Part shown: positions 39,944 to 50,227 of the stretch, piece by piece | How the letters are laid out: each line of letters starts with the position of its first letter | How positions within the stretch are numbered: the first letter of the stretch is position 1 | From: an uncultured Planctomycetaceae bacterium | Lineage (GTDB): Bacteria; Planctomycetota; Planctomycetia; Planctomycetales; Planctomycetaceae | Length of the DNA: 64,000 nt | Reading direction: 5' to 3' | Assembly (NCBI GenBank): GCA_963976765.1 | Contig: CAXBME010000018.1 | Span: 1-64,000, forward strand | Position numbers and translations under genes: made by a program | The notes under the pieces: model-generated | Databases searched by the model: none | Seen by the model: the letters and a program-made list of their open reading frames with translations, nothing else | Told to the model about the DNA's origin: nothing

Positions 39944-40543
39944 ATGTTACCAGAATTCACAATCGGTCTTGTCGTCTTCCTGATTGGCGTGGGGGCTTAC
40001 ACAGTCACCGCCGCCATTTCAGACATTCGCATCAAAAAGATCCCGAACAAGCTGACACTTCCGTTCTTCGGAGCCGGGATCGTTTATCAGCTTGTCTTTC
40101 ACGGCCTTGCCGGACTCGGCGAAGGATTCCTGGGCTTCGCAGCAGGTTTCGGTCTGCTGTTCCTGCTCTGGATTATCGGGAGTGGCGGCGGCGGCGACGT
40201 GAAACTGATGGGTGGCCTGTCGATGTGGCTCGGCTGGAAACTGACGATCATGGTGCTGATTGGCAGCGTCATCTTTGCAGCCGTTGGAACGTTCCTCGTC
40301 ATTGTCTACAGCATGTTTTCACGCGGCGTTTATGACACCAAAGATAAATACCTGGCGACGGGTAAGTTGAAGAAGGGCGAGAAGCCCAAAAAGGAAACGC
40401 TCCAGCAGCGACAGCATCGACGCCCGATGGGATACGCCGTGCCGGTTGCTCTGGCCACCTGGGCTGTTGTTGCCTGGCAGCTTCCTCAGTTTCCGTGGAT
40501 CGGCGGTCAGGTTCTGGCAGGATTGTTCCAGGCCGGTGGCTAA
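39944..40543 (+). CDS. cpaA: Prepilin peptidase, A24 family (CpaA/TadV)
   Basis: SDIR..KIPN and GGGDVKL catalytic Asp motifs. First gene of the Tad cluster. Confidence 0.88.
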   Translation: MLPEFTIGLVVFLIGVGAYTVTAAISDIRIKKIPNKLTLPFFGAGIVYQLVFHGLAGLGEGFLGFAAGFGLLFLLWIIGSGGGGDVKLMGGLSMWLGWKLTIMVLIGSVIFAAVGTFLVIVYSMFSRGVYDTKDKYLATGKLKKGEKPKKETLQQRQHRRPMGYAVPVALATWAVVAWQLPQFPWIGGQVLAGLFQAGG

Positions 40544-40608
40544 CGCGTCATGCAGATTCTGCGTGATGTCGCTTTCAGACAGAAATCGTTTTCGAGGCGG
40601 GTTGAGCG

Positions 40609-41037
40609 ATGAAACGGGTTGATTCAGTAAAAACCGGGTGTGGACGGAAGCGACGCAGAAATCGCTCCGGGATGCTCAGTGCTGAGTTGATCATGACGTT
40701 ACCGATCCTTGCCATCGTGCTGTTCGGGTTGTTCGAGTTTGCTTTGCTGTTCACCGCTCGCGGCGAACTGTCGGAGGCGTCTCGAGTTGCAGCCCGGAAA
40801 GCATCGATACCGGGGGTCACTTACGACGCCGTAGAAGAAGAAATCCGCCGAGTGCTCTCGCCACGGCTTCAGCGAACGATGGAAGTTTCAATCGATCAAG
40901 GGCAACGTTCCGGAGACGTCGTCACCGTGGCCATTGCCTGCAGCATGAACAGTGCGTCTCCTGATCTTCTCTGGCCAATCGGGTACAGCCTGAAGAATCG
41001 GAAGCTTTACGAAGTGACAAAGATGATCAGGGAGTAA
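40609..41037 (+). CDS. tadE: TadE-like pseudopilin
   Basis: RSG|MLSAELIMTLP...FEF...ASRVAAR. Confidence 0.82.
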   Translation: MKRVDSVKTGCGRKRRRNRSGMLSAELIMTLPILAIVLFGLFEFALLFTARGELSEASRVAARKASIPGVTYDAVEEEIRRVLSPRLQRTMEVSIDQGQRSGDVVTVAIACSMNSASPDLLWPIGYSLKNRKLYEVTKMIRE

Positions 41038-41293
41038 ACGTCGGCTTTCGAGCGACGGGTTTGAATACTCACTCCATATTAGATTCGTTGATTGCCAGCG
41101 GCCTTGCAGCCACTGCGGGTCGACAGGTCTTGAATACCGAATACGTCATGCGGGTTGAGACTCGGAGCGGTCCGGGTCTCGGGTGACCAACTTTTTAAGT
41201 GATGCGGCTGGCGGCCGTGCTGATTAACCGGGTGGGCTGGTTAACGCGGACGACCGCTGGAAGCGAACGCGAATCTCTCAGAGGAGCAGACCG

Positions 41294-42454
41294 GTGAAGA
41301 ATCTCACTCCTGCAAAACTCATCGTGATGATGATGGTGGCTATGGGGCTGCTCGTGACTCTTTACGTTGGCAAGCAACTGCTCGCCAAAGAACCGCCACG
41401 GCCGCGAACTGTCGGCACCCGTGTTGTTCCAATGCTCGTCGGCGATGTCGAAGTCGGCACCGTACTGACGCAGGAACACATCGGCATGGGACCATGGCCA
41501 GCCAACGAGATCAAGAATGACGTTCTGTTGAACGCCACGACGATCGTTGGTCGCGTTGTCCGCAAGCCACTGAAAGCCGCTGAGCCAATTCATGGCAGTT
41601 CGCTGTTTCCCATGAACGAATTGCCGCCGCTGGCCGTCAGCGATGGTTATCGGGCCATGACAATTCATCTCACGGACAGTGCGTCGCTGATGAACGGTTT
41701 GCTGCGTCCCGGCGATCATGTGGACATTGAATTTAACCCGAAAGTAAACGTCGCCTCCGACCCGCGTTATCAGGAAATCGGAGGGTTGTCGATCGTGCTC
41801 TTTAAGGGTGTCAGAATCCTGGCGATCAATCGTGCTTTCGTGCAGACAAGTATCGAAACCAGCGGCAACAACGTGACGTTGGAAGTTGCTGAGAAAGATG
41901 TTGCGATATTGCGACTGGCCGATGAGAACGGCGATCTGTACCTCTCTTACACGCCAAACACGGTCGGTTCAGTGACGGTCGCGGTTGCAAACCCTGATCG
42001 TCCGACTCTGGAAGAGCTGTTGCAGTTGCCTCCGGTTCCTGAAGAACCCGTTCCACCTCAGCCAGACGTATTCCATTCGCGGATTTACAGCGGAGCTGGC
42101 GGAGGAGGCATTCAGACGTTTGTTAATGGTGTCCCCATGGGTGGATACAACAGCAATTATGGCAACTACGGTACGAACGGGTTCAATGGGAACTTCGGAT
42201 ACAGTGGTGCCTATCAGGGCCCAAGCAACCGAAACGTGCCAGGTGGGTACGGGTATCCAAACGGCAACAACGGAATGATGCCCCCTGGATACGGACCGGG
42301 AGTCGTCCCCAACAATGGCATGGTGCCTTACAACGGCGGCGGCATGATCTATGGACCGCAGACCAGCACGGGTACTTCCGGGGCTCCTGCCTCACCGAAT
42401 TCGACGAAAACCGGCCACACGGGAATTGCCAGCAGAACAGCCAGTGTTCGCTGA
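41294..42454 (+). CDS. cpaB: Flp pilus assembly protein CpaB/RcpC
   Basis: N-terminal TM, SAF-like region, GYRAMTI...GLLRPGDHVD, VRILAI, VTLEV. GAGGAG RBS. Confidence 0.88.
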   Translation: MKNLTPAKLIVMMMVAMGLLVTLYVGKQLLAKEPPRPRTVGTRVVPMLVGDVEVGTVLTQEHIGMGPWPANEIKNDVLLNATTIVGRVVRKPLKAAEPIHGSSLFPMNELPPLAVSDGYRAMTIHLTDSASLMNGLLRPGDHVDIEFNPKVNVASDPRYQEIGGLSIVLFKGVRILAINRAFVQTSIETSGNNVTLEVAEKDVAILRLADENGDLYLSYTPNTVGSVTVAVANPDRPTLEELLQLPPVPEEPVPPQPDVFHSRIYSGAGGGGIQTFVNGVPMGGYNSNYGNYGTNGFNGNFGYSGAYQGPSNRNVPGGYGYPNGNNGMMPPGYGPGVVPNNGMVPYNGGGMIYGPQTSTGTSGAPASPNSTKTGHTGIASRTASVR

Positions 42455-42487
42455 GTCCTGCTGTTCGCTCTTTGGAAAAAGATCGTC

Positions 42488-42519
42488 AAGCGGTCCGGTC
42501 ATTGGTCGGGCCGCTTTTT
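42488..42519 (+). terminator. Rho-independent terminator after cpaB
   Basis: AAGCGGTCCGGTC-ATT-GGTCGGGCCGCTT hairpin followed by a T tract. Confidence 0.65.
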
Positions 42520-42723
42520 CGCGTTCAGAACGATCAGTTTCCGCTGAATCCAAAGTCAGCCAGAAACTGAACACCGCATGCAGGCGGAATTGTCCGGAAC
42601 ACGAAACCGGCAGCATTGTTCGCGGAGTCAGATCATGAGGATTTGCTCCGTCGCCGCTGAAATTTGTGACCTATGTTTAACAGGACGAAGTATTGCGCCC
42701 GCGCAGGCATAGGATCTGAAACG

Positions 42724-43995
42724 ATGATGGTTCGCAGCCAACTGACAATTCGACATCGCGAAATCGTCAGAGGTCAACACTCGAAGCGCCGAGGAAGCAT
42801 GGCGCTGGCAGCAATGATGTCGCTGCTGGTCATTATCGGCGGAGTCGCCCTTGCGCTGGACCGGTTGTGGATTGATGGTGCTCAGACTGAACTCGAAGCT
42901 GCTGTTGAAGCGGCGGCTTTGCGAGGTGGTCAGCTGCTGGCGTCTGACGATCTGCTGCGACCGGATTCCGACATTGATGCACGCCTCGAGCGGGCTCGGC
43001 GCGAAGCGGGCCGGATCGCCGGTGAAAATCTCATCGCCGGGCAACCGGTCGAACTTGATCTTTCTCCGGAAGGCGACGTCCGTTTCGGGCGTCTGGTCCA
43101 CCGTGAGCGGACGCTGGAAAACGTCTTTATCGAGACGACCGACAACCCGACAAGTGTCGTCGTTCGAGGTCTGCATTCGCGATCACGCAATAATCCCGTC
43201 GCGACATTTCTGAACTCAGTCAGCGACAACGAGGGGGCTGATGTATCAGCCTTGTCAGAAGCAACAATTGACAATCGAATCGTCGGGTTTCAGCCATTGA
43301 CCGGGGCTCCGATTCCGGCGTTGCCGCTGGCCATTCTGCGGGAAGCCAGAGAAGGCGATGCTCGCGAATCCTGGCAGCTTCAGATTGAAGACCGAAAGGG
43401 AGCCGACCTGTTCGGCTACGACGAGCAGACCGGACAGGTAACCGATGGTCCCGATGGGATTCCGGAGATCCGCCTTCGAAGTGCCGTTCATCGGGGTAAT
43501 CCTGAAGAAGCCAACGTCCATCTTTTTGATGTGAACGGGATCTCGACCGACGAACAACTGCTGCAGCACATGCGGAGCGGCTGGCGTGACGAGGACTTGC
43601 CGAAAAACCAGAACGAACTCCGCTTCCACGAAAAGTCGCGGCGTCAATTCGATACCGTTGCCGGAATTCACGGTCCATCGCCTCGCGTGCTGAAAGAGCA
43701 GATTGGCCAGTGTCGTATTCTTTTTCTCTATGACGAGTTCCTGCCAACTGACCGCTCTGGAGCCGGACGAATTCGAATTACTCAAGCGGTTGCTGGCCGT
43801 GTCCTGTCGGTCAACGTGCTCGAAGACGACGGTTGCGAGCTGGTCATCCAGCCGGGCGTCATGACGACTCGAACAGCGATGCTTGCTTCGAACAACGACG
43901 AACCGAGAGCCGGTCGACAGAAGAAACGCGGACCGGAAGACCGCTCGGAACAACTTTCAAATCGATACATCTACAGGCTGCAGATTACGAACTGA
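42724..43995 (+). CDS. tadG: TadG-like pilus assembly protein
   Basis: KRRG|S..hydrophobic helix..ALALD...EL..A.EAAALRG. Alternative start at 42673. Confidence 0.78.
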   Translation: MMVRSQLTIRHREIVRGQHSKRRGSMALAAMMSLLVIIGGVALALDRLWIDGAQTELEAAVEAAALRGGQLLASDDLLRPDSDIDARLERARREAGRIAGENLIAGQPVELDLSPEGDVRFGRLVHRERTLENVFIETTDNPTSVVVRGLHSRSRNNPVATFLNSVSDNEGADVSALSEATIDNRIVGFQPLTGAPIPALPLAILREAREGDARESWQLQIEDRKGADLFGYDEQTGQVTDGPDGIPEIRLRSAVHRGNPEEANVHLFDVNGISTDEQLLQHMRSGWRDEDLPKNQNELRFHEKSRRQFDTVAGIHGPSPRVLKEQIGQCRILFLYDEFLPTDRSGAGRIRITQAVAGRVLSVNVLEDDGCELVIQPGVMTTRTAMLASNNDEPRAGRQKKRGPEDRSEQLSNRYIYRLQITN

Positions 43996-44043
43996 ACATC
44001 CTGAGGCCGGATTGGCCATAATTCAGTCAGAACGAGGCACGAC

Positions 44044-45381
44044 ATGGTTGCTGAAGCTCCCACTGCAACGGTTACGAATGCGGAAGCTCAACAGAAGTTT
44101 CAGAAGCTGAAGACGCATCTGCATCGCCGCATGATCGACGCAATCGACTTGTCCAAAGCCGGACAGATCGAAGAGTCTGAACTGCGTCAGCAGCTCCGCT
44201 CGCTGGCGTCGCATCTGGTGTCGATGGACGAAGTCAAACTCCCTGTCGACCAGCGCGATCACATGGTCCGAGAGATCATGGACGAGATCTACGGTTTCGG
44301 TCCGCTCGAACCGTTGATGAATGACCCTGAAGTTTCCGACGTTCTCGTCAACGGGCCAGATCGAGTCTTCGTTGAACGCAACGGGATTCTGCAGCCGACG
44401 AATGTTCGGTTTGCGGACAACGCTCACCTGCTGCGATTGATCCATCGACTCGTCGGTCGAGCCGGTCGACGAATCGACGAAGTTCAGCCGATGGTCGATG
44501 CCAAATTGCCGGACGGTTCGCGACTGAACGCCGTGATTCCGCCGCTGGCCTTGAACGGGCCGACGGTTTCTATTCGTCGTTTCCGTTCGCGAGCGTTGCT
44601 CTTTGAAGACATGGTTTCGATGGGATCGCTGGCTCCGGAAATCGCAGACTTTCTGGTAATGGCTGTTCGCGGTCGATTGAACATGCTGGTTTCCGGTGGT
44701 ACGGGTGCTGGAAAGACAACGTTGCTGAACAATCTCAGCCGCTTCATTCCAGTGACCGAACGAGTCATCACAATCGAGCAGACTGCCGAGCTTCAACTTC
44801 AGCAGCCGGACGTCGTGTCGCTGGAAATGCGACCGGCCAACGTTGAAGGGACGGGCGAAATTGATCAGCGGGATCTGCTGAAGAACAGCCTGCGAATGCG
44901 ACCTGACCGAATCATCGTCGGCGAATCGCGCGGTGGTGAAGTTCTTGAAATGCTCCAGGCCATGAACACGGGCCATGATGGTTCGATGAGTACGCTCCAC
45001 GCGAACGACACGCGAGACGCTCTTGACCGACTGGAAATGATGATTGCGTTGTCGGGGGTGGAGCTGCCGACAGCGGTCGCTCGGCAATACATCGCTTCCG
45101 CGGTGCAGATTCTGGTGCACATGTCGCGTCTGAGCACCGGCGAACGAAAAGTGACTCGAGTGTCCGAAATCTGCGGCGTCCGCAACGGCGTCTACATTAT
45201 TGAAGACATTTTTGTTTACCGAATGCAGGGAGTCGATCCGAACGGTCGTGCGATTGGTTCGTTCTTCGCGACAGGTCATGAACCCGCCGTCCTGAAGCGG
45301 CTGGCCGCGTCCGGCTTCGACCTGCCAGGCGAGATGTTCGACGCTCGCGAGTTGCAAACTAGAACGCCCAGGAAATCGTAA
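44044..45381 (+). CDS. cpaF: Tad pilus assembly ATPase CpaF/TadA
   Basis: [54 protein letters not shown]. Confidence 0.95.
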   Translation: MVAEAPTATVTNAEAQQKFQKLKTHLHRRMIDAIDLSKAGQIEESELRQQLRSLASHLVSMDEVKLPVDQRDHMVREIMDEIYGFGPLEPLMNDPEVSDVLVNGPDRVFVERNGILQPTNVRFADNAHLLRLIHRLVGRAGRRIDEVQPMVDAKLPDGSRLNAVIPPLALNGPTVSIRRFRSRALLFEDMVSMGSLAPEIADFLVMAVRGRLNMLVSGGTGAGKTTLLNNLSRFIPVTERVITIEQTAELQLQQPDVVSLEMRPANVEGTGEIDQRDLLKNSLRMRPDRIIVGESRGGEVLEMLQAMNTGHDGSMSTLHANDTRDALDRLEMMIALSGVELPTAVARQYIASAVQILVHMSRLSTGERKVTRVSEICGVRNGVYIIEDIFVYRMQGVDPNGRAIGSFFATGHEPAVLKRLAASGFDLPGEMFDARELQTRTPRKS

Positions 45382-45444
45382 CTCGACGACGGAGAAGCAA
45401 ACTCGAGCCCGCCATTAGAAGTCAAAAGTTTCAGGAAAGTCGCC

Positions 45445-46305
45445 ATGTCAACTGGATTTGCCAACTCGCCAATCGAGCCATTACCTGCGTTCGCAGAGAT
45501 TCTCCGGGATCAGGAGCTTTTTGGAACGCGCGAAGATGATGGTGTTGGCAACTCGATCAACTACTGGTTCGACACGCTGATGATCCAGTCCGGAATCGGC
45601 GTCGGTCCTTCGGTCATGCTCTTCCTGTGCACGTTATGTGGCATGTCACTGGGCGGCATGGTTTTCGTCGTGCAGGAAAATCTGTTGTCGGCATTGATGC
45701 TCGGCACCATAGGATTTGCTGCTCCGGTCCTCACCGCTGTGGTGATGCGTCAGCGGCGGCAGAAGCAAATGATGGCTCAGCTTCCGGCGATGATCGACGA
45801 ACTGGCTCGTGCCGCAAAAACCGGACGGAGTATCGAACAGTGCTGGGAACTGGTCGGCAATGACACGTCTGCTCCACTGGGTAACGAACTTCAGGAATGC
45901 TCTCGACGCATGAAAATGGGCGAGGACATGACGCAGGCCATCAAGGAACTGCCGTATCGAACGGGGCTGGTTACGTTGAACATTCTGGTGACAGCGCTTT
46001 CGGTCCATCAAATGACCGGGGGCGACCTGGTGAGCGTGCTCGAACGATTGTCCCAGACGATCCGCGACCGCCTGCTGTTTCTGGGGCGACTTCGAGCCGC
46101 CACAACAGGGAGTCGCGCGACGGCCGTCCTGATGCTCGCTTTGCCGGTGTGTATCGTGATCTTCTTCTCGATTCGTGATCCGCTTTACGTTCAGAAACTG
46201 ATGGCATCGGATATTGGCCGAAAGGTAACGCTCGGCTCAATCGCGATGGAAATCTTTGGTTCAATGTTCATTCTGCGAATTCTGCAAAACAGCCAGCGTA
46301 GCTGA
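45445..46305 (+). CDS. tadB: TadB (T2SS F-domain) platform protein
   Basis: QLPAMIDELARA..TG, TGGDL..VLERL..TIRDR. Follows cpaF. Confidence 0.88.
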   Translation: MSTGFANSPIEPLPAFAEILRDQELFGTREDDGVGNSINYWFDTLMIQSGIGVGPSVMLFLCTLCGMSLGGMVFVVQENLLSALMLGTIGFAAPVLTAVVMRQRRQKQMMAQLPAMIDELARAAKTGRSIEQCWELVGNDTSAPLGNELQECSRRMKMGEDMTQAIKELPYRTGLVTLNILVTALSVHQMTGGDLVSVLERLSQTIRDRLLFLGRLRAATTGSRATAVLMLALPVCIVIFFSIRDPLYVQKLMASDIGRKVTLGSIAMEIFGSMFILRILQNSQRS

Positions 46306-46403
46306 CGCTGGTCGCTTGAAGCCAAACACGAACAATGAGCCGTTTCGGCTCGGCAACAGGCTGATAATCAACGAACGCGTCAGCTCCTGCTTGAGGCAAT
46401 TTG

Positions 46404-47735
46404 ATGAATCTCTCAACTCAGACACTGTTCCTGATTTTCTTTACGCTGGCCGCATCGCTCGTTTTGACTTTGTTGATCAATCGAGTGCGCCGCTGGCGTC
46501 AACGCCAGCGCGACGAAGCTCAGATTCGAGAAGCCGAATACGAAGACGCCATTCGTCAGTCGCAGGCCGAACTTCACCATCCGGCTACAGAAGCAACGAC
46601 ATCAACACCTGTCGGGTCACCTGCCGCCGCCGTTGAATCGTCCGCTTCAACCGGTGCGTCAACGGAATCCGTCGAGCCGACGTCGCCTTCAAAAGAGGCA
46701 CCGACCACCGCATCGGGAGTCCTTCAGCCTGATCGCTTCATGGCGTGGTCTCCACCTCAGTCCGAAGTCTGGCAGCCGTCCGCTAACCAGCCTTACGAGG
46801 TGAGCTGGACCGGGCAGAAACTGTTTGGCAATCCGACCGACGATTTTGAAGAAGCTAACAGCCTGCCGATGTTGAGGCCCGATCAGGTTCCGTCGAACGA
46901 TGGGTCTGACTACGTCTTCGGACCGGCGACCTCGGCGCTGTCGGCTGTCATGCCGTCGCCTGACATTGAGCGAACCAACAAAGAACTGACGCGGGCGGGC
47001 TATCATCAGCCGCACGCGATGCAGAACCTTCAGGCTGTCCGGTTCATGATGTTGTTCGGCGTCTTCTTTCTTGGCGGGGCTGCGGTCATTCTTGTGCCGC
47101 AGCGGTTTGAGATCTTTGCGATGCTCGGCACGATTGCGGTGGCGGGGCTGGTCTGGGCTGTGCCGCGAATCTTTCTGCAGAACAAAGCGACCGAGCGGAC
47201 GAGTCAGCTGGAGCGTGCCATGCCGGACATGCTCGACATGCTCAACATGTGTGTGAGTCAGGGCCTGACCATTCCCGATTCGCTGAAACGTATCTCGCGA
47301 GACCTTCAGCCTGTCTATCCCGCCCTGGCAACCGAACTGCTGATCGTGGTCCATCAGGCGGAAGTCGGCAACCTCCAGATTTCCCTCGACAACTTTGCCG
47401 ACCGCGTCGACGTTCCGGAAGTGGACTCGTTCGTGTCGTTGCTGAATCAGTCGGAGCGGATGGGAACGAACGTCTCTGACGCACTTACCGAATACAGTAA
47501 TACGATGCGCGAAAGCCTTCGTCAGCGTACCGACGAAAAGGCGAACAAGGCGGCGTTTCGACTCATGTTCCCAACAGTGCTCTTCATGATGCCAGCCGTT
47601 TTCGGATTCCTGATGGGACCGGCGATTCTGGAACTGCAACAGTTCTTCGATGACGGCGGCCTGGACGCTCTGAGTGCGAGCGGTGACCTGTCAAGCGTTT
47701 CACAGGGGTTACGACAGGTCAGCACTGACCAGTAG
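46404..47735 (+). CDS. tadC: TadC (T2SS F-domain) platform protein with long polar insertion
   Basis: MPDMLDMLNMCVSQGL, QSERMGT, EKANK...LMFP. Confidence 0.88.
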   Translation: MNLSTQTLFLIFFTLAASLVLTLLINRVRRWRQRQRDEAQIREAEYEDAIRQSQAELHHPATEATTSTPVGSPAAAVESSASTGASTESVEPTSPSKEAPTTASGVLQPDRFMAWSPPQSEVWQPSANQPYEVSWTGQKLFGNPTDDFEEANSLPMLRPDQVPSNDGSDYVFGPATSALSAVMPSPDIERTNKELTRAGYHQPHAMQNLQAVRFMMLFGVFFLGGAAVILVPQRFEIFAMLGTIAVAGLVWAVPRIFLQNKATERTSQLERAMPDMLDMLNMCVSQGLTIPDSLKRISRDLQPVYPALATELLIVVHQAEVGNLQISLDNFADRVDVPEVDSFVSLLNQSERMGTNVSDALTEYSNTMRESLRQRTDEKANKAAFRLMFPTVLFMMPAVFGFLMGPAILELQQFFDDGGLDALSASGDLSSVSQGLRQVSTDQ

Positions 47736-47799
47736 CAGGCAGATTGGCGAACAGACAGTCCGGCGCGGCGGCGACAGATCGATGAATTCGGTTTGTCGA

Positions 47800-48297
47800 T
47801 CAGTCACCGAGCGGGATCTGGCAAATGGCCCACTGGCCGAAGTTCTCTTCGACTTCGATCTGAATCATCGAGACGTTGGCTTCGCCGTGATTTTCGACCG
47901 TTGGCCGTAGTCGTTCGCCAATCCAGCGAGCGATCAGTTCTGCTGTCGTGTTTGCAACCGGCAGCAGAACGCAATCTTCGCGAGGGAAGACCCAGCGACG
48001 GTTTTCAAACGTGACTTCAACCTCGACGTCGGATTCGTTGACCTTAATCGCCGGGTGCTGAGTCGGCAGCAGGACGTGATGATCCAGCTCGTTGACGATG
48101 CCTTGCAGCGTGTCACGCAGCGCGATGAAATCAAACACGTACGAGTTGCGATCAAGTGGTCCTGTCAGCTCAGCCGCTACCCGCCAGTTGTGACCGTGCA
48201 GACGCTCGCAAATGTTTCCGTTAAACGTGATGAAGTGCGCGGCGCTGAAGACCAGGTGATCCTTGGTGACTCGCACCTTCCATGTTTCGTCCGACAT
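47800..48297 (-). CDS. queD: 6-pyruvoyl-tetrahydropterin synthase / QueD family
   Basis: FSAAH, CERLHGHNW, DF, LDH, TTAE, VEE. Confidence 0.8.
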   Translation of the reverse strand: MSDETWKVRVTKDHLVFSAAHFITFNGNICERLHGHNWRVAAELTGPLDRNSYVFDFIALRDTLQGIVNELDHHVLLPTQHPAIKVNESDVEVEVTFENRRWVFPREDCVLLPVANTTAELIARWIGERLRPTVENHGEANVSMIQIEVEENFGQWAICQIPLGD

Positions 48298-48384
48298 CTG
48301 AGATGATTCCTGCAATGCACATTTTCGCTGAAGTTGCGGTTCGCAACGTCGATTCTGGTAACGCTACGAAACGATGGCGGGAAG

Positions 48385-49209
48385 TCAATTCAGCAGCGGG
48401 TCGCGTTTCAAAACGCCTCGGACCTGCTGGATCTCGCGCAGTCGGTTGCGTGCTGTATCCAGCGAACGTTCGGCGCCGCAGGATTCGAACTGCGAGATCG
48501 CTCGCCGCAGACAACGGCTGGTGAGAGACCAGCGGCTGACGTTCTGAAAAGCTTCGGCAAGATTCAGCAGGTCAGTCCCCGCGTTGACCCGATCGTTCAG
48601 CTTTCGATGCAGATGGTAAGCCCGCGCGAGAAATCGAATGCCGACAGCGTTGTCACCGCGTAAGAGGGCGAGTGCTCCCAGGTTCGCACAGTCCGTGGCT
48701 TCTCCGGCGCGGTTGCCCGTTGCCTTTTCGACGGCGAGCGACCGGAGCAGCAGATTCTCTGCCAGATCAAAGTCTCCCAGATCGATCGCGTCCAAAGCTC
48801 GACCGGTCAGGTCGGCAGCTCCAAGTTCGCCATGAGCTGAAAGCGTTGCTTCACTGGCCCGCCCCTGAAGCGTCATCGCGCGAGAGGACTGTCCCGTTCT
48901 TCTCAACACTGCGGCCAGATTGTGGCGAACGATTTCCGCCAGCCGAGCGTCTTTGGTTTCCGCAGCCTGTCGGAGCAGCGATTCATACCCGCAGGCAGCT
49001 TCGTCGAAGCACTCACAACGAAACTGGAAACCTGTCAGCTCGACGCGACCGTTCGGGGTTTCGTCAGCAAGGGCTGCTGCCAGATAGGCGTTCCGGGCGG
49101 CCACCATCAGGCCTGATTCTTCCAACTGCCGGGCACAGCTTAGTAGTGTTGAGGCTGGGCCAGTGGGGAGTGCGACGCAGGTGGTCGATGATTCTCTCGG
49201 CTGGGACAC
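48385..49209 (-). CDS. TPR-repeat protein
   Basis: GTG at 49209 after an AAGGA RBS. HNLAAV, GDFDLAENLL, ANLGAL, LNLAEA repeats. Confidence 0.75.
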   Translation of the reverse strand: MSQPRESSTTCVALPTGPASTLLSCARQLEESGLMVAARNAYLAAALADETPNGRVELTGFQFRCECFDEAACGYESLLRQAAETKDARLAEIVRHNLAAVLRRTGQSSRAMTLQGRASEATLSAHGELGAADLTGRALDAIDLGDFDLAENLLLRSLAVEKATGNRAGEATDCANLGALALLRGDNAVGIRFLARAYHLHRKLNDRVNAGTDLLNLAEAFQNVSRWSLTSRCLRRAISQFESCGAERSLDTARNRLREIQQVRGVLKRDPLLN

Positions 49210-49389
49210 AGGGTAATTCCTTACTCGCGAATTGAAACATGGATTCTGAACCAGAGTTTCAGCGAGTGAGGACACCTGACGACAAGCACATCGTCCGGAT
49301 GGGTTGAGCACTGACCAACGGCCACATGACTCAAACGCTCTGACGGAAGACGCCACCCCATAAGGATGAATCTTCAATTGAGAAAACGT

Positions 49390-49489
49390 CAGAAAATGGA
49401 ACGCATGGCGACCTCCCGCAGGAGACCGCCATGCTTTCCGCCCAAACCTAACGATGAATCGTTGGGTGAGGGGAGAGAGAAGAGAGACG
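49390..49489 (-). ncRNA. Candidate small RNA (CU-rich 5' segment, small hairpin, terminator-like hairpin)
   Basis: Immediately downstream of TTGACA-N16-TAGAAT. Ends in a GCATGGCG/CGCCATGC stem followed by T-rich sequence. Confidence 0.45.
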
Positions 49490-49495
49490 CCTCGC

Positions 49496-49523
49496 ATTCT
49501 AGGCAGACCACCTAAGTTGTCAA
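49496..49523 (-). promoter_or_regulatory. Sigma70-type promoter candidate
   Basis: Minus-strand TTGACA (49523-49518), N16, TAGAAT (49501-49496). Confidence 0.6.
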
Positions 49524-49553
49524 TTGCGACTTTGCCGGAATGCGAAAATCGTG

Positions 49554-49961
49554 TTAATCGTCTTTTCGCAGCATTCCGGCCGACGATTCGAAATACCGCT
49601 GTCGTCGGTCGCTGGCGGTCGGCGTCGACTGGCGGGATTCTTCGAGTTCGGTCACGACTGCGTTGCACAGCCGACAGCCGATTGTCTTCAGATGAAACTC
49701 GACATACTCGCTCAACGAGACATCCAGAACTCCGAGCAAATAGCTGCCGAGCGTCGCTTGAGTTGGGCAACTCAGTCGATTCCGTCGCCAGATTTCACCG
49801 ATCGTATGCCCCCCTTGATCGCGACGTCGGATCAAAGCGGCAAGCCGCTGCCGCATGTTGGACGAATCCCGCAGCACTTCTTCGAGCGAAGAAGCTCGTT
49901 GAACAGGAAGTTGCTCATCCAGAAACGCCAGCAGTTCATCGTCCGAAAATGTGTCAGCCAC
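49554..49961 (-). CDS. Anti-sigma-like zinc-finger (zf-HC2-type) protein
   Basis: GTG after CAGGAG. DELLAFLDEQL, then CP...LGSYLLG.L......FHL...GCRLC. Confidence 0.7.
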   Translation of the reverse strand: MADTFSDDELLAFLDEQLPVQRASSLEEVLRDSSNMRQRLAALIRRRDQGGHTIGEIWRRNRLSCPTQATLGSYLLGVLDVSLSEYVEFHLKTIGCRLCNAVVTELEESRQSTPTASDRRQRYFESSAGMLRKDD

Positions 49962-50227
49962 GCAGAGTCTCCTGCCTGTGAATACCGCCGTCTGCTGATC
50001 ATGTTCTCGCAGCATTGAGGGTGCGAGTTTGATTACAGAATGAACAACGCCATGCGAGCCTCAGTCTACAGTTCAATCAGAAACGTGTCTGGAATAAATT
50101 CTCTGCTTCTGCAACACACAACATTGCCCCGCCGCAGAACAAGGTGATTGCCTGCTGGCTGGCTTCCGTTTCGAGGAACGCTATCCTCACTCCGTAGTCT
50201 TCGTCGGACCATTGTGAGGAGCTTTCG

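Noticed and set aside
44023..45357. Long antisense ORF (also 15509-16591, 29626-30429, 46689-47639, 2259-3140)
   Set aside because: Shadow frames of well-supported genes in GC-rich DNA, with no recognisable motifs.
49210..49770. N-terminal extension of the 461-aa ORF call
   Set aside because: Overlaps the zf-HC2 gene and the promoter/hairpin spacer. TPR-like sequence begins only after GTG 49209.
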